A DNA stretch of 64,000 bases from a virus (lineage: Duplodnaviria; Caudoviricetes): the IMG/VR virus record IMGVR_UViG_3300036783_000113, positions 1-64,000 of that record. One strand, given 5' to 3'. The position numbers and the translations under genes are program-made. The notes beneath the pieces were generated by a model that ran no database searches, had not been told where the DNA came from, and saw only the letters and a program-made list of their open reading frames with translations. Within the stretch, counting starts at the first letter, position 1. Each line of letters begins with the position of its first letter. Below, in pieces: positions 1 through 9,238 of the stretch.

Positions 1-4
1 CATA

Positions 5-418
5 TTACTTACCTCCATGATATAAAATTGGTTCTCGTGTCACTTTCATTTCGCTGCTATGTACAAAGTTGTCGTGACTCTTGAATGATGTTTCAATTTT
101 GATTGTGTAGCCGTGGATCAGTTCACCAGTGAGTAAATCAACTAATTTAATCGTTTTATCTGACGTACCAGCAATGTATTCAACTTTGATTTCATAGCCT
201 TTGTTTTGTAAATCATATAAATCTTTAGCGCTTACCATATTCATTAATTCATAGATTGTATTATCAACCCATTCGCTAAACTTACGAGTTATTTCATTTA
301 TTTTCATTTGTAAATCATTTTGTATATAATCCATTCTACGCTCAACCTCCTTTTTATCGAAATTAACTATTAAATTATCTTGTTCACCAATACCTGTAAT
401 TAAATAACGGTCATGCAT
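5..418 (-). CDS. hypothetical phage protein
   Basis: 137 aa ORF, tightly coupled to the upstream minus-strand gene, preceded by a purine-rich RBS. Confidence 0.7.
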   Translation of the reverse strand: MHDRYLITGIGEQDNLIVNFDKKEVERRMDYIQNDLQMKINEITRKFSEWVDNTIYELMNMVSAKDLYDLQNKGYEIKVEYIAGTSDKTIKLVDLLTGELIHGYTIKIETSFKSHDNFVHSSEMKVTREPILYHGGK

Positions 419-421
419 AAA

Positions 422-1093
422 TTAATCCTTCTTCCCTTTATTTAGATAATCACAAAACTTTTGAGCTAATTCTTCAGTTTTGAGTAAAGGTCGCCAAGTG
501 CTGGCATTTTCAAATTGTTCTTCGCTTGTAATTAAGTCTTTACCACTAACGGTATCGTCATGATAACTTAAATATTCTGTACGGCTACTTTCTTTAACTT
601 GATACCAAACATAAGATTTACCGCTTCGGATAGAAAATTCTACTAATGTAGTTGGAATAACTTCATATACTCCTATAGTTCCGCTGCAATCACAAGATTC
701 GTATGTTTTATTTCCTAATGGAGTTGTATAATGAATCCTTCTGTTTTCATCGCACTTATCACATTTTGGTTTCTTATAATGTTTTGATCCGACTGTATAA
801 AGTTGAACTTCAAAGTCTTTCATTAAAGAACTTAACTTCTCTTTTCTTATTTTTGTTTCTAAATTTTGACGTTCGTATTGTAAATCGCGTTTCTTATTTT
901 CATAATCTCTTTCGATTTCTTTCATTTTCTTCTTAGTTTCTTGCAATTCATCGTTTTCTTTTCTTAAACGATCCATTTCTTCTTTAAATTCAACCTTAAC
1001 TGAATCCATTAAAGTTTCTTTAAACTCTTCAACCTTTTCATCGAACTCACTTGGTTCATGGTAAAACTCTTCATCGTAATCAAACATATTCAA
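422..1093 (-). CDS. hypothetical phage protein with coiled coil and Cys motif (CDKC...CDC)
   Basis: 223 aa ORF with a GGAGG RBS; first gene of a leftward unit. Confidence 0.8.
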   Translation of the reverse strand: MNMFDYDEEFYHEPSEFDEKVEEFKETLMDSVKVEFKEEMDRLRKENDELQETKKKMKEIERDYENKKRDLQYERQNLETKIRKEKLSSLMKDFEVQLYTVGSKHYKKPKCDKCDENRRIHYTTPLGNKTYESCDCSGTIGVYEVIPTTLVEFSIRSGKSYVWYQVKESSRTEYLSYHDDTVSGKDLITSEEQFENASTWRPLLKTEELAQKFCDYLNKGKKD

Positions 1094-1200
1094 TTCCTCC
1101 TTTGTTTATCACAACTAAATCTTAACATGTTAAAAAGTTATGTGCAATAGTTATTTTCAAAAAGATTATGTTGAATTAAACTTTCTTCTATAGTAAGATG

Positions 1201-1765
1201 TGGTTACGAAATTAACGATGATTTTAAGGAGAAATACAAATGAGCGACAAAAATAAAGTATTAAAAGAAGAAACGGAAGAGTATTTGCAAGAGAAAATAG
1301 AAAAGAGAAGGGAATGGAGGGAGAAACAAACTGAAGAAAGCGTTAAGTTCGAACCAATATATAGAGGTTTCGCTTCTAAGTTAAAGAATGACAAGATGAA
1401 AGTTAATCCTATTATAGTATATTTGGCCTTATGCGAAATCGCTAACACTTATGAAGGTGTTATTTATACATCTAATGAAAAGATAAGTGAGGTTTGCGGA
1501 ATAAAAGGATCAACGTTATCTGATTCATTATCGTTTTTAGAAGAGAAAGGTTACATAGAACGATTCAACATTAGAAATGATAATGGAAAGTTGCAACGAA
1601 AAATCGTGCTGCTACCTATATGAAGTCCTTACGAAATTAACGAACTACTCTTCGTTGTTTAACGATGATTTTAACAACATCATACGAATTTAACGATGAT
1701 ATCATACGAAATTTCGTAACCATATAATATAATTAATATTATTCTTTATAATATAAGTAATATAA
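1201..1765. repeat. iteron-like repeats (ACGAAATTAACGATGA family) flanking the HTH gene, plus an AT-rich tract
   Basis: Copies at 1204-1226, 1629-1643, 1658-1674, 1679-1700 and 1701-1722; 12-bp inverted repeat 1201-1212/1711-1722; AT-rich run 1723-1765. Confidence 0.8.
1240..1623 (+). CDS. winged HTH protein, phage replication-initiator N-terminal-like
   Basis: IIVYLALCEIAN...YTSNEKISEVCGIKGSTLSDSLSFLEEKGYIER matches the HTH_36/Rep N-terminal pattern; AGGAGA RBS. Confidence 0.65.
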   Translation: MSDKNKVLKEETEEYLQEKIEKRREWREKQTEESVKFEPIYRGFASKLKNDKMKVNPIIVYLALCEIANTYEGVIYTSNEKISEVCGIKGSTLSDSLSFLEEKGYIERFNIRNDNGKLQRKIVLLPI

Positions 1766-1967
1766 GCCGCCTATTAACATAGTCGCTATTAAAATCTAAC
1801 CCTACAAAATCCCTAGCCAGTGAATAGCTTACTTTTGCAAAAGGAGACTCTTCTTTGGAAAGGGATATACGAAAGTTACATTCTAGTAAAAATTATGTTG
1901 ACAACTATTAAACATAATTGTTATTATAAGTTTGCAAGATACATTATATGAAAGAGGTTATGAAAAC

Positions 1968-2474
1968 ATGACGAAAACAGATATTTTAGAAATTACTTTT
2001 GAAGAGAATGTAATTCGCGCATTTAATATTGACGGACGTTACTACTTTTGCGCTCCTGATATTAAACGAATTACAGGACATCTTGTAAATCATTATCAAG
2101 ATGTTAGCAAAGAAGATAAAATTAAAAAACACGTACACCAAGTCAATTCTGATGGATCACAAGGTTATTTATATCCACAAACGTTCCTAACTATCAAAGG
2201 AATAACTGACTGGTTAAAATATTTTCACGATGAAATCAAACAAGATTTATTCAATACGTTGATGTTTGAATCAGATAAAGAAGATTGCGTCGTGCAAACT
2301 AAACTTGAATTTGATGCAAAAGATGTGGACAAGTTTGAAAATGTGTTCCGCAATACCGAACGCGTAAACGACTTAACAAATCAAATCGCCAAACTTAAAA
2401 AGGCATTAGAACACGAAATGTCTAAACCGACAAAAGAACAAATGAAAGCATATTTACAGGGAATGGGGCTTTAA
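1968..2474 (+). CDS. Bro-N domain protein (antirepressor-like)
   Basis: N-terminus IRAFNIDGRYYFCAPDIKRITG fits the Bro-N pattern; C-terminal coiled coil. Confidence 0.65.
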   Translation: MTKTDILEITFEENVIRAFNIDGRYYFCAPDIKRITGHLVNHYQDVSKEDKIKKHVHQVNSDGSQGYLYPQTFLTIKGITDWLKYFHDEIKQDLFNTLMFESDKEDCVVQTKLEFDAKDVDKFENVFRNTERVNDLTNQIAKLKKALEHEMSKPTKEQMKAYLQGMGL

Positions 2475-2672
2475 GCTCCTTTCTCTACATAATAAAAGGG
2501 GGAATAAAAATGAAGTGTGAATCTTGTAAAAAAGAAGTCGGTAAATCAATTTTTGGTAGTATGTGCTTAAATAAAAGAAATTATAAGTTATTTGGTAAAA
2601 GTCATATGGATTTATGTTATAACTGTATGTCTGACAATGATTTAGGCAAGAAATTAAAAGGGGGAAAATAAA

Positions 2673-3293
2673 ATGTTTGCACGTATTAGATTTACTCATG
2701 GTCATAAAGTTACAAAGGATAGACTCGATGAATTAGAAGAGTTTTTATCTGATAAAGTCGATAAATACGATTGTTATAAAGACGAAGACGGTAAAGAAAT
2801 TGATTTTTACGATTGGAAACATACAATTGATCCTAAAAAAGTAGATGAAGAAAAAAGTTTAGTTTACCTGTCTGAAGATATTAAGTTATCCACATCTAAG
2901 GAATACATAGTTGAGTTAAGTTCGTTCATGAGTGCATTCCCTGAATTAGAAATCAATTTAAGAGGAACAATGAAAGCTAATAATAGCGGTTTTGATAATG
3001 CCATTAATTTAATGTTGCAAGCTGAAGCGAAATTAACTACAGCTTTAAAATCATTCAACGAGAAAATTGAATTTAATAACCGTTGCGATGTACACATTGG
3101 TAATTTAGGACTACTAAACATTAATCAACTTGCATATACTACTGATAAATGCACCGAAGAGTTACAAAATATCCTTAATGAAGGTTGGAGAATACTCGCT
3201 GTATGTCCTCAACCTGACCAACGAAGACCTGATTACGTGTTGGGACGTTATAACGAGAATCATAAATCTGATATGTATTGTGACCACTTATAG
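2673..3293 (+). CDS. hypothetical phage protein
   Basis: 206 aa ORF with a GGGGG RBS. Confidence 0.8.
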   Translation: MFARIRFTHGHKVTKDRLDELEEFLSDKVDKYDCYKDEDGKEIDFYDWKHTIDPKKVDEEKSLVYLSEDIKLSTSKEYIVELSSFMSAFPELEINLRGTMKANNSGFDNAINLMLQAEAKLTTALKSFNEKIEFNNRCDVHIGNLGLLNINQLAYTTDKCTEELQNILNEGWRILAVCPQPDQRRPDYVLGRYNENHKSDMYCDHL

Positions 3294-3306
3294 GAGGGTG
3301 AATTAA

Positions 3307-3474
3307 ATGGCTGACGTATTAATTCGTAATGTTGATTTAGAAGATTTGGAAAAATGGTTGAAATGTAAGAATTGTGATTGCTTAGAAATGGAGTTAAAGA
3401 AGTATATGCACACAACTAGCGAATACATTTGTAAAGAATGCGGCTTTTCAATTGAATTATCAGAGGTATTATAA
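3307..3474 (+). CDS. small zinc-ribbon protein
   Basis: Read by hand: MADVLIRNVDLEDLEKWLKCKNC...YICKECGFSIELSEVL; GGAGGG RBS. Confidence 0.65.
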   Translation: MADVLIRNVDLEDLEKWLKCKNCDCLEMELKKYMHTTSEYICKECGFSIELSEVL

Positions 3475-3593
3475 ATGGAATTCTTAAAAATATTATTTGG
3501 TGATTTAGTTTTATTATGCGGATTATTTTTGCCATTTATTACAGTTGGATTAGTTGAGTTATACGCAGTTAAGTTAAGAAAGGAGGAAGTTTA

Positions 3594-3947
3594 ATGAAAA
3601 TTATAAAAGGTAATTCCGGTAAATCACCAATAACAAGAGGTTTATTGCTGCAAGTTGGCGCTGATGGGGTTTTAGTTCTTGATGAAGTTAATGTACCGCA
3701 CATGTTTAATGGCTTTCAATACTGCAAAACAACTGATATCTTTGATTCAATTAACATTTTCGAAAACAAATTACCACCTTCATTTTTAGACAGCATTCAT
3801 CATGTGGTATTTTTAACCACGATGGTAAATTTCGATAAGGACGTTATAAATAAACTTTTAAGATTAGAAGTTGAAACAGGAAAACAATTTTATATGCAAA
3901 TGAATGACGGTAGAATGGATCACATTAAAGTTTACGATATGAAATAG
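3594..3947 (+). CDS. hypothetical protein
   Basis: 117 aa ORF, AGGAGG RBS. Confidence 0.75.
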   Translation: MKIIKGNSGKSPITRGLLLQVGADGVLVLDEVNVPHMFNGFQYCKTTDIFDSINIFENKLPPSFLDSIHHVVFLTTMVNFDKDVINKLLRLEVETGKQFYMQMNDGRMDHIKVYDMK

Positions 3948-3951
3948 AGGG

Positions 3952-4218
3952 GTGGTTACAAAGTTGCTAATTAAAGAATATTATCTAATCGAAAATAATC
4001 AAGAAGTTAAAATTAATCGCGATGATATCAAAAAAGGACAATTAATTAGAATTGTCGCTCATAATGGTAAAGGTGTATGTTTTAGTAACGAAAAAATCAT
4101 AACTTTAACTAATTCTTATAGAGATAAAACTATCACTCCTTTTGGGACAATAACAAAAGGTTGGGTTGTACAATCGAAAATACCACCTAACTCTCAAATT
4201 TGGACGATCAATCTTTAA
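3952..4218 (+). CDS. hypothetical protein
   Basis: 88 aa ORF in the operon. Confidence 0.6.
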   Translation: MVTKLLIKEYYLIENNQEVKINRDDIKKGQLIRIVAHNGKGVCFSNEKIITLTNSYRDKTITPFGTITKGWVVQSKIPPNSQIWTINL

Positions 4219-4873
4219 ACCAAACGAAAAAAATCAATATTTTAAATTTGAAAGGATGATTAAAATGATGGAACAAACAATAATAGTTAAAACTTTTGAA
4301 CCTGTTAATGTGGATTGTGATTTAACTAACGTCTTAGGTAATTATCTAACCAAAAGTGCTGCATTCAACGAAGAAGAACTGTCAACCCTGAAAACCATAG
4401 TTTCGAATCTGAATGAGTACGGATTTTTGAAAGTTTACGAGTTGATTGAGTACAAGGAGATTTTCGTTGATCGTAATTATAGTCAAAACGCTAGAAAAGT
4501 TATCGTGAATAAAGATGATAAGAACAGAATCATTTACGCTGACAAATTTTATGAGCATTTAGAAAAAGATGACAATGTAGATAGTGTAATGGTTATGTAT
4601 CTTGAAGATGTTAAACCGGAAGGATTTTCGTGGGACAATCAAAAATGTGTTGACGACTTAATTCAATGGTTTGCTGACAATACACATTCAAACGTTGCTT
4701 GTGTCGAATCTATACCTAACGTCCTTGATGTATTTTTGAGCAAAGAACAAGCCGAAGGACAAATGCAAGCTTATGAAGGTTATTATCCTGAACGAATGGA
4801 AGTTAAAGAAAGAAATTTATTTGGATCAGAGTTACAATCGTTATTCAAATTATTATCACTGTTAAACCTCTAA
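4166..4873 (+). CDS. hypothetical protein (true start probably near 4257-4270)
   Basis: Long acidic ORF; GAAAGGA RBS precedes the internal ATGs. Confidence 0.75.
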   Translation: MYNRKYHLTLKFGRSIFKPNEKNQYFKFERMIKMMEQTIIVKTFEPVNVDCDLTNVLGNYLTKSAAFNEEELSTLKTIVSNLNEYGFLKVYELIEYKEIFVDRNYSQNARKVIVNKDDKNRIIYADKFYEHLEKDDNVDSVMVMYLEDVKPEGFSWDNQKCVDDLIQWFADNTHSNVACVESIPNVLDVFLSKEQAEGQMQAYEGYYPERMEVKERNLFGSELQSLFKLLSLLNL

Positions 4874-4899
4874 ACGTCCTTTGTGGCGTTTTTTCTTTT
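4872..4899 (+). terminator. intrinsic terminator
   Basis: AAACGTC/GGCGTTT stem followed by a T-run. Confidence 0.65.
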
Positions 4900-5010
4900 G
4901 TTACGATAAATTATATTCTCTACAAATAAAAACATGCCTATCAGTTAGATAGACACGTTAGAATTCAATTTATTAACTTTAACCAGCGCTTTGAGGTTGA
5001 TTAGACCTTC

Positions 5011-5150
5011 GCTGTTAACATAACCTTAACTTTTCATAGAGATTCTAATTAACAACCACCACAACAACCGCGATCACCGCCGGCCGCCGCGCGCCCCTGA
5101 CATTGACGAAGGTTCGGCTGTTAACAAGACATCGACTTTTCATAGAGATT
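5011..5150. repeat. direct repeats around a 21-nt pure G/C run (candidate genome terminus or packaging site)
   Basis: GCTGTTAACA-N8-ACTTTTCATAGAGATT at 5011-5044 and 5117-5150; CCGCCGGCCGCCGCGCGCCCC at 5077-5097. Confidence 0.7.
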
Positions 5151-5242
5151 TCAAAATCGATCCACAAGAATTTTTTCTTGATTGGAAAAGTTAAAGATTC
5201 AAATAAACGTTACAATATTCATTTATTTAAATTTAATACAAC

Positions 5243-5342
5243 AAAAAAGAGTACCAACAAACGAAACCGCCACAACTGACAGTTTTGTCTATCGGTACTC
5301 TAAAGGTACTCACTCCTATATTTTGTTGCTTTCAATTAATAT
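5243..5342 (-). ncRNA. putative ~100 nt small RNA
   Basis: Leftward sigmaA promoter TTGCGT-N17-TACAAT (5377-5349), GAGTACC/GGTACTC stem ending in a U-run, no credible ORF. Confidence 0.4.
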
Positions 5343-5493
5343 AACCACATTGTAAATGAAATAGACGTAAAACGCAATAGATATTGTTATATCAACGTTA
5401 ATTAAAGTTATTTCACATTAAAAAGTCGTGTTTCTTCTATTAAAGGAGAAAAAATGCAACATAACTTTAATTCGAAAATAATTTAAAAAACCT

Positions 5494-5522
5494 TTGACAT
5501 ATTGAAAGTATAGGCGTAATAT
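5494..5522 (+). promoter_or_regulatory. sigmaA early promoter flanked by operator copies
   Basis: TTGACA-N17-TAATAT; reverse-orientation operator copies at 5455-5467 and 5539-5549. Confidence 0.75.
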
Positions 5523-5574
5523 AATAGATAACAACAACGCAACATAACTAAATAACAAATTGGAGTGATTACAA

Positions 5575-5703
5575 ATGTATAAAGCAAAAGTTAAACTTAA
5601 ATCAGGCATTGTTACTTTTCTTACTTTCAATTCTAAAAGCGAAATGGTTTCTTTTGAAGAAAAAGGGCATACAATTATAAGAGCAATTGAAATTAAAAAC
5701 TAA
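5575..5703 (+). CDS. small early protein
   Basis: Read by hand: 42 aa MYKAKVKLKSG..., GGAGTG RBS. Confidence 0.65.
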   Translation: MYKAKVKLKSGIVTFLTFNSKSEMVSFEEKGHTIIRAIEIKN

Positions 5704-5724
5704 ATAAAAAATGGAGGTTTTCGA

Positions 5725-5847
5725 ATGAAAACTTATAATGAATTAAAATATGATATCGTTGAACGATGGAGGTGGGACGAAATCACAAGGGAGGAAATGG
5801 AAGCTAAACTAAAAGAACTAAAGGAGGTAACAAATAATGAAAACTAA
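5725..5847 (+). CDS. small early protein
   Basis: Read by hand: 40 aa MKTYNELKYDIVERWRW..., GGAGG RBS. Confidence 0.65.
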   Translation: MKTYNELKYDIVERWRWDEITREEMEAKLKELKEVTNNEN

Positions 5848-6055
5848 ATTAATCAAATTTTCACAAGTATTAGGGAAATGGAATAAACCTTATAAAAATG
5901 ATTTTTGGGTGTCATACGGTTATAGATGGATTGAACTAGTGGAAACACTACTTATAACAAAAGAAGCTAACACAAGTCGTCAAAGCGACTATAAACAGGC
6001 ATTAGGCTTTGAGCGTTTCCACTATCTTAGTGGAAGGTTGCAAAATAACTTTTAA
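5837..6055 (+). CDS. small early protein
   Basis: 72 aa, AAGGAGG RBS. Confidence 0.7.
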   Translation: MKTKLIKFSQVLGKWNKPYKNDFWVSYGYRWIELVETLLITKEANTSRQSDYKQALGFERFHYLSGRLQNNF

Positions 6056-6073
6056 AAAGATTTAAATTAACAC

Positions 6074-6103
6074 TTTACAAAAAGTTATGTTGCATGGTAA
6101 GAT
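6074..6103 (+). promoter_or_regulatory. sigmaA promoter with operator in the spacer
   Basis: TTTACA-N18-TAAGAT containing AAGTTATGTTGCA (6082-6094). Confidence 0.75.
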
Positions 6104-6134
6104 AATTACAGGTTAAAGAAACACAAAAAACAAT

Positions 6135-6590
6135 ATGAAAGAAGGAATTAAAATGGATTACATTAAATGTTCTGAAAAAGAATTAACTGCAATGGAAAAA
6201 GCGTTGGAAGGTTTGCAAGAATTTGTAAATGTTACAACTTCAGAAAGCGAGTTAAACCACAATATCCAAATGTGTAACGGTCATTCTTTAGATAACTTAA
6301 TTTACGATATCAATGATAACGATTTATTTAAAAACTGGTTAATTTTTAAAGAAGGCGTAACGAAAGTAACGGCGTACGACGCTTGCAACGGAACAGGCGC
6401 TCAAGTCATTGATATATTGCATGATAACTACGATAAAGTTTTCGGTTATTATGAAGACGGCGGTGAAAAGATATTCTTTATATCGGAAAGTAAAGATTCT
6501 TGGAATGAAGAAACAGAACAAGATGAAATACATTTTTGGGTAGAAGAAACACCAGTCGGTATGCATGAATGCATAAGAGTTAACTTGTAA
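6135..6590 (+). CDS. acidic early protein
   Basis: 151 aa ORF behind its own promoter. Confidence 0.75.
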   Translation: MKEGIKMDYIKCSEKELTAMEKALEGLQEFVNVTTSESELNHNIQMCNGHSLDNLIYDINDNDLFKNWLIFKEGVTKVTAYDACNGTGAQVIDILHDNYDKVFGYYEDGGEKIFFISESKDSWNEETEQDEIHFWVEETPVGMHECIRVNL

Positions 6591-6608
6591 AAATAATTTA
6601 TAAAATAC

Positions 6609-6638
6609 TTGCAAAAGTTATGTTGCACATGTTAAGAT
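6609..6638 (+). promoter_or_regulatory. sigmaA promoter with operator in the spacer
   Basis: TTGCAA-N18-TAAGAT containing AAGTTATGTTGCA (6615-6627). Confidence 0.75.
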
Positions 6639-6671
6639 AAAGGAAGTTAAGAAACAACAAAAAAATAAAAG

Positions 6672-7226
6672 GTGGTTATTCAAATGAAAGAATTCGAAAA
6701 AGATGTTAGATTGCCAGCAGGTACAATGGAAGGTTTTAGTGATTCTGAATGGGAAGACGCTTGCAAAGAAGCTGATGAAATTGCAGTAGCAAAGGAAACA
6801 CCAGCAACAAAAGTTTTCGAAAATAACGAAATTGCAGCAACTCAAGAAAATGAAACGCCAACATTTACGCAAATTTTAACGCACGTACAAGAAAACGAAA
6901 CAGAATTAGAAGTTGTGATTATCGGTGGAAATTATTTCACGGTTGAAAATTCAGAAGGTTACCGCGCTTATTTCGAAATACCTACTTACGGTTACAATTA
7001 TGAAAATCCTAATTATTACAAAGGTTTCCATTTCGGAACGAAACATAAAGCTAATAAAAAAACTGGTACTGGATATGAATATAAATTTTTACAATATAAC
7101 GCAACTTTAGACGAAATTGTAACCGCATTGTATGAAACATTAGAAAGAAGTCGTCACAACATTGTTACTGGAAAAGAAAAATTTGACACAAGTAAACCAC
7201 ATCCAAACGGAAAGTATTTCATTTAA
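6672..7226 (+). CDS. acidic early protein
   Basis: 184 aa ORF behind its own promoter. Confidence 0.75.
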   Translation: MVIQMKEFEKDVRLPAGTMEGFSDSEWEDACKEADEIAVAKETPATKVFENNEIAATQENETPTFTQILTHVQENETELEVVIIGGNYFTVENSEGYRAYFEIPTYGYNYENPNYYKGFHFGTKHKANKKTGTGYEYKFLQYNATLDEIVTALYETLERSRHNIVTGKEKFDTSKPHPNGKYFI

Positions 7227-7257
7227 TAACAAAATTAAATTAAAAGGAGCGGTTAAA

Positions 7258-7569
7258 ATGAATAACCAAATTACAGTAAAACCAAATTTCAAAGGCGAAT
7301 TATCACATATTGAGGTATTAGGATTAATAACATATATTCAAAAATGGCACGACGAAAATTATGTACTTAATAGCGTTGATGTAGAAAACAAATTCGGTTT
7401 AGCACCAACATCAACAAGTGAATTTGCAAGATTATGGGATACAAATTACAACGGCACATTAGAAGATTATGGAGATTTAAAAGTACAAAGTTTCGCTTTG
7501 ACTGTCGGTCATGTACCTGTCTTAATTATGGAAGATGATGAAGAAAACGAATTATATTTCGAAATTTAA
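7258..7569 (+). CDS. early hypothetical protein
   Basis: AAAGGAG RBS before ATG 7258. Confidence 0.75.
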   Translation: MNNQITVKPNFKGELSHIEVLGLITYIQKWHDENYVLNSVDVENKFGLAPTSTSEFARLWDTNYNGTLEDYGDLKVQSFALTVGHVPVLIMEDDEENELYFEI

Positions 7570-7572
7570 CTA

Positions 7573-7601
7573 TTGCAAAAAGTTATGTTGTATAGTACTA
7601 T
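7573..7601 (+). promoter_or_regulatory. sigmaA promoter with operator in the spacer
   Basis: TTGCAA-N17-TACTAT containing AAGTTATGTTG (7580-7590). Confidence 0.7.
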
Positions 7602-7642
7602 TAGTATAGAAATTAAATAACAAAGCAAATGGAGGAATTAAA

Positions 7643-8317
7643 ATGAAATTTTTTAGCACAATTAAAAAGGTAGCGTTAACTTTAGGATTATTAACAGTTG
7701 GTTATATTGGTGGAACTATTGCAAGTGAGCAACCGCAACCACAAGCAGAAACACAAAATAATATTCACAATGGTGTAAATCAAATTGAAAGTGGAAAGCG
7801 TAACGTATTTAGTCAGTATTTCACAATTACAAAGTTAGATGAAAAAGGCGCGGACGTTGTAAACCGATACAATGAGGATGACACGTATTACATCAATAAA
7901 GAAGAATTCAATTTGGACTTCTCAACATTAAAAGTTAACGAACCTATTGTAGTTACTTTCGACCACGATACAACGTTAGACGCTGTACGAGATAAAAGCA
8001 TGATATCACAATACAAATTATTCGAAAATAAAGATTTAGATGCAAAATATATTTACGGTGTGAATATCGACAATAAAGAAAACACTGTCGTATTGGAAAG
8101 GGAAGACCACAAAGAAGGTGATATTGTAAACGTAACGTTTGAGGATGATATACATGACAATATCACTAAAGTTGTTAAAATTGGTACGTTTGATGTATAT
8201 GAAGACTCGTTTAATTACAACGCGGAACATGATGAAAATAGAAATAATCCTAATTACGTCCAAACTGAAGACGGTTCGTTTGTACCTAAAAGTTTTCATG
8301 AAGGCGGTAACGAATAA
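7643..8317 (+). CDS. secreted or membrane-anchored protein
   Basis: N-terminal basic plus hydrophobic signal (MKFFSTIKKVALTLGLLTVGYIGGTIA), acidic beta-rich body. Confidence 0.75.
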   Translation: MKFFSTIKKVALTLGLLTVGYIGGTIASEQPQPQAETQNNIHNGVNQIESGKRNVFSQYFTITKLDEKGADVVNRYNEDDTYYINKEEFNLDFSTLKVNEPIVVTFDHDTTLDAVRDKSMISQYKLFENKDLDAKYIYGVNIDNKENTVVLEREDHKEGDIVNVTFEDDIHDNITKVVKIGTFDVYEDSFNYNAEHDENRNNPNYVQTEDGSFVPKSFHEGGNE

Positions 8318-8454
8318 TGAATGAATACCGTTGTCAGATGTGCAGAAAGCTATTATTTAAAGGTTTATTAATTAAGGGATGCATTAGTATTAAGTGTAAC
8401 AAATGCAAGCTTACAAACCAAATAGAAGTGAATGAGAAGGAGTGTTCAAAATGA
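8317..8454 (+). CDS. Mu Com-like zinc-finger protein
   Basis: Read by hand: MNEYRCQMCRKLLFKG...ISIKCNKCKLTNQI fits the Com-family RCxxCxKLL...IKCxxC motif. Confidence 0.65.
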   Translation: MNEYRCQMCRKLLFKGLLIKGCISIKCNKCKLTNQIEVNEKECSK

Positions 8455-8792
8455 CAAAAGTAACAACTGGAATGATTTTAGATAATAATGAAATTGGTGT
8501 TAATTTCACGGTAAAATACGAACGTAAAGAAGACAGATGGAAAGCATATGAATTTGAATCTGATTATCTATATTTCGATAATTACGAACAAGGCGGCTCT
8601 TATTTCCGATTAGAAGTTAGAAATGAATATTCACTAGTTTTATTCGCCGAAAGAGACGATTATACAGTTATGGAAGATGTAACGGAACATTTTGACGTAA
8701 TAGATTTATTGCAACGCGTTTTAAAACAGAATGATATATACGACGCACAAGGCGAATACGTAAATTGGTTATTAGAAGGAGAAAATTATTAA
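8451..8792 (+). CDS. early hypothetical protein
   Basis: AAGGAG RBS, ATGA overlap with the Com-like gene. Confidence 0.7.
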   Translation: MTKVTTGMILDNNEIGVNFTVKYERKEDRWKAYEFESDYLYFDNYEQGGSYFRLEVRNEYSLVLFAERDDYTVMEDVTEHFDVIDLLQRVLKQNDIYDAQGEYVNWLLEGENY

Positions 8793-9028
8793 TGAGTATG
8801 AGAGGTTCGTTAAAAGTATTAACGTTAATAATCGCTGGATTCTATTTACTACAAAAATACTCAATTTGGATAGTGGAGGGAATGACGAAATGAAATATAA
8901 CCCTTATGAGTTTTCTGTTAAAAGCTTTCCGATGTATAGCAAGATGAAACGCAAATATAAAATAATCAGTTATTACAGTGAGTTATACACATGGTATAAG
9001 GTGATGGTTTATGTAGGAGGTATGAAAA

Positions 9029-9238
9029 ATGACATTTAAAGAGCAACTTGAAAAATACAAAAGTGACTCGCTGCGTGCAATATTAAAGAAACCGGATTTA
9101 GCTGATTTATGGAAATATGGAAGACGGTTATACATTTCATTAGATGGTAGCATTACTTTTAAAGATGGTTCGGATTCAATAACAGTTAATAACGCCGTTA
9201 AATCATTCAAAGAATGGAGGAAGGGAAATGAAAACTAA
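9029..9238 (+). CDS. early hypothetical protein
   Basis: 69 aa, GGAGG RBS. Confidence 0.7.
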   Translation: MTFKEQLEKYKSDSLRAILKKPDLADLWKYGRRLYISLDGSITFKDGSDSITVNNAVKSFKEWRKGNEN

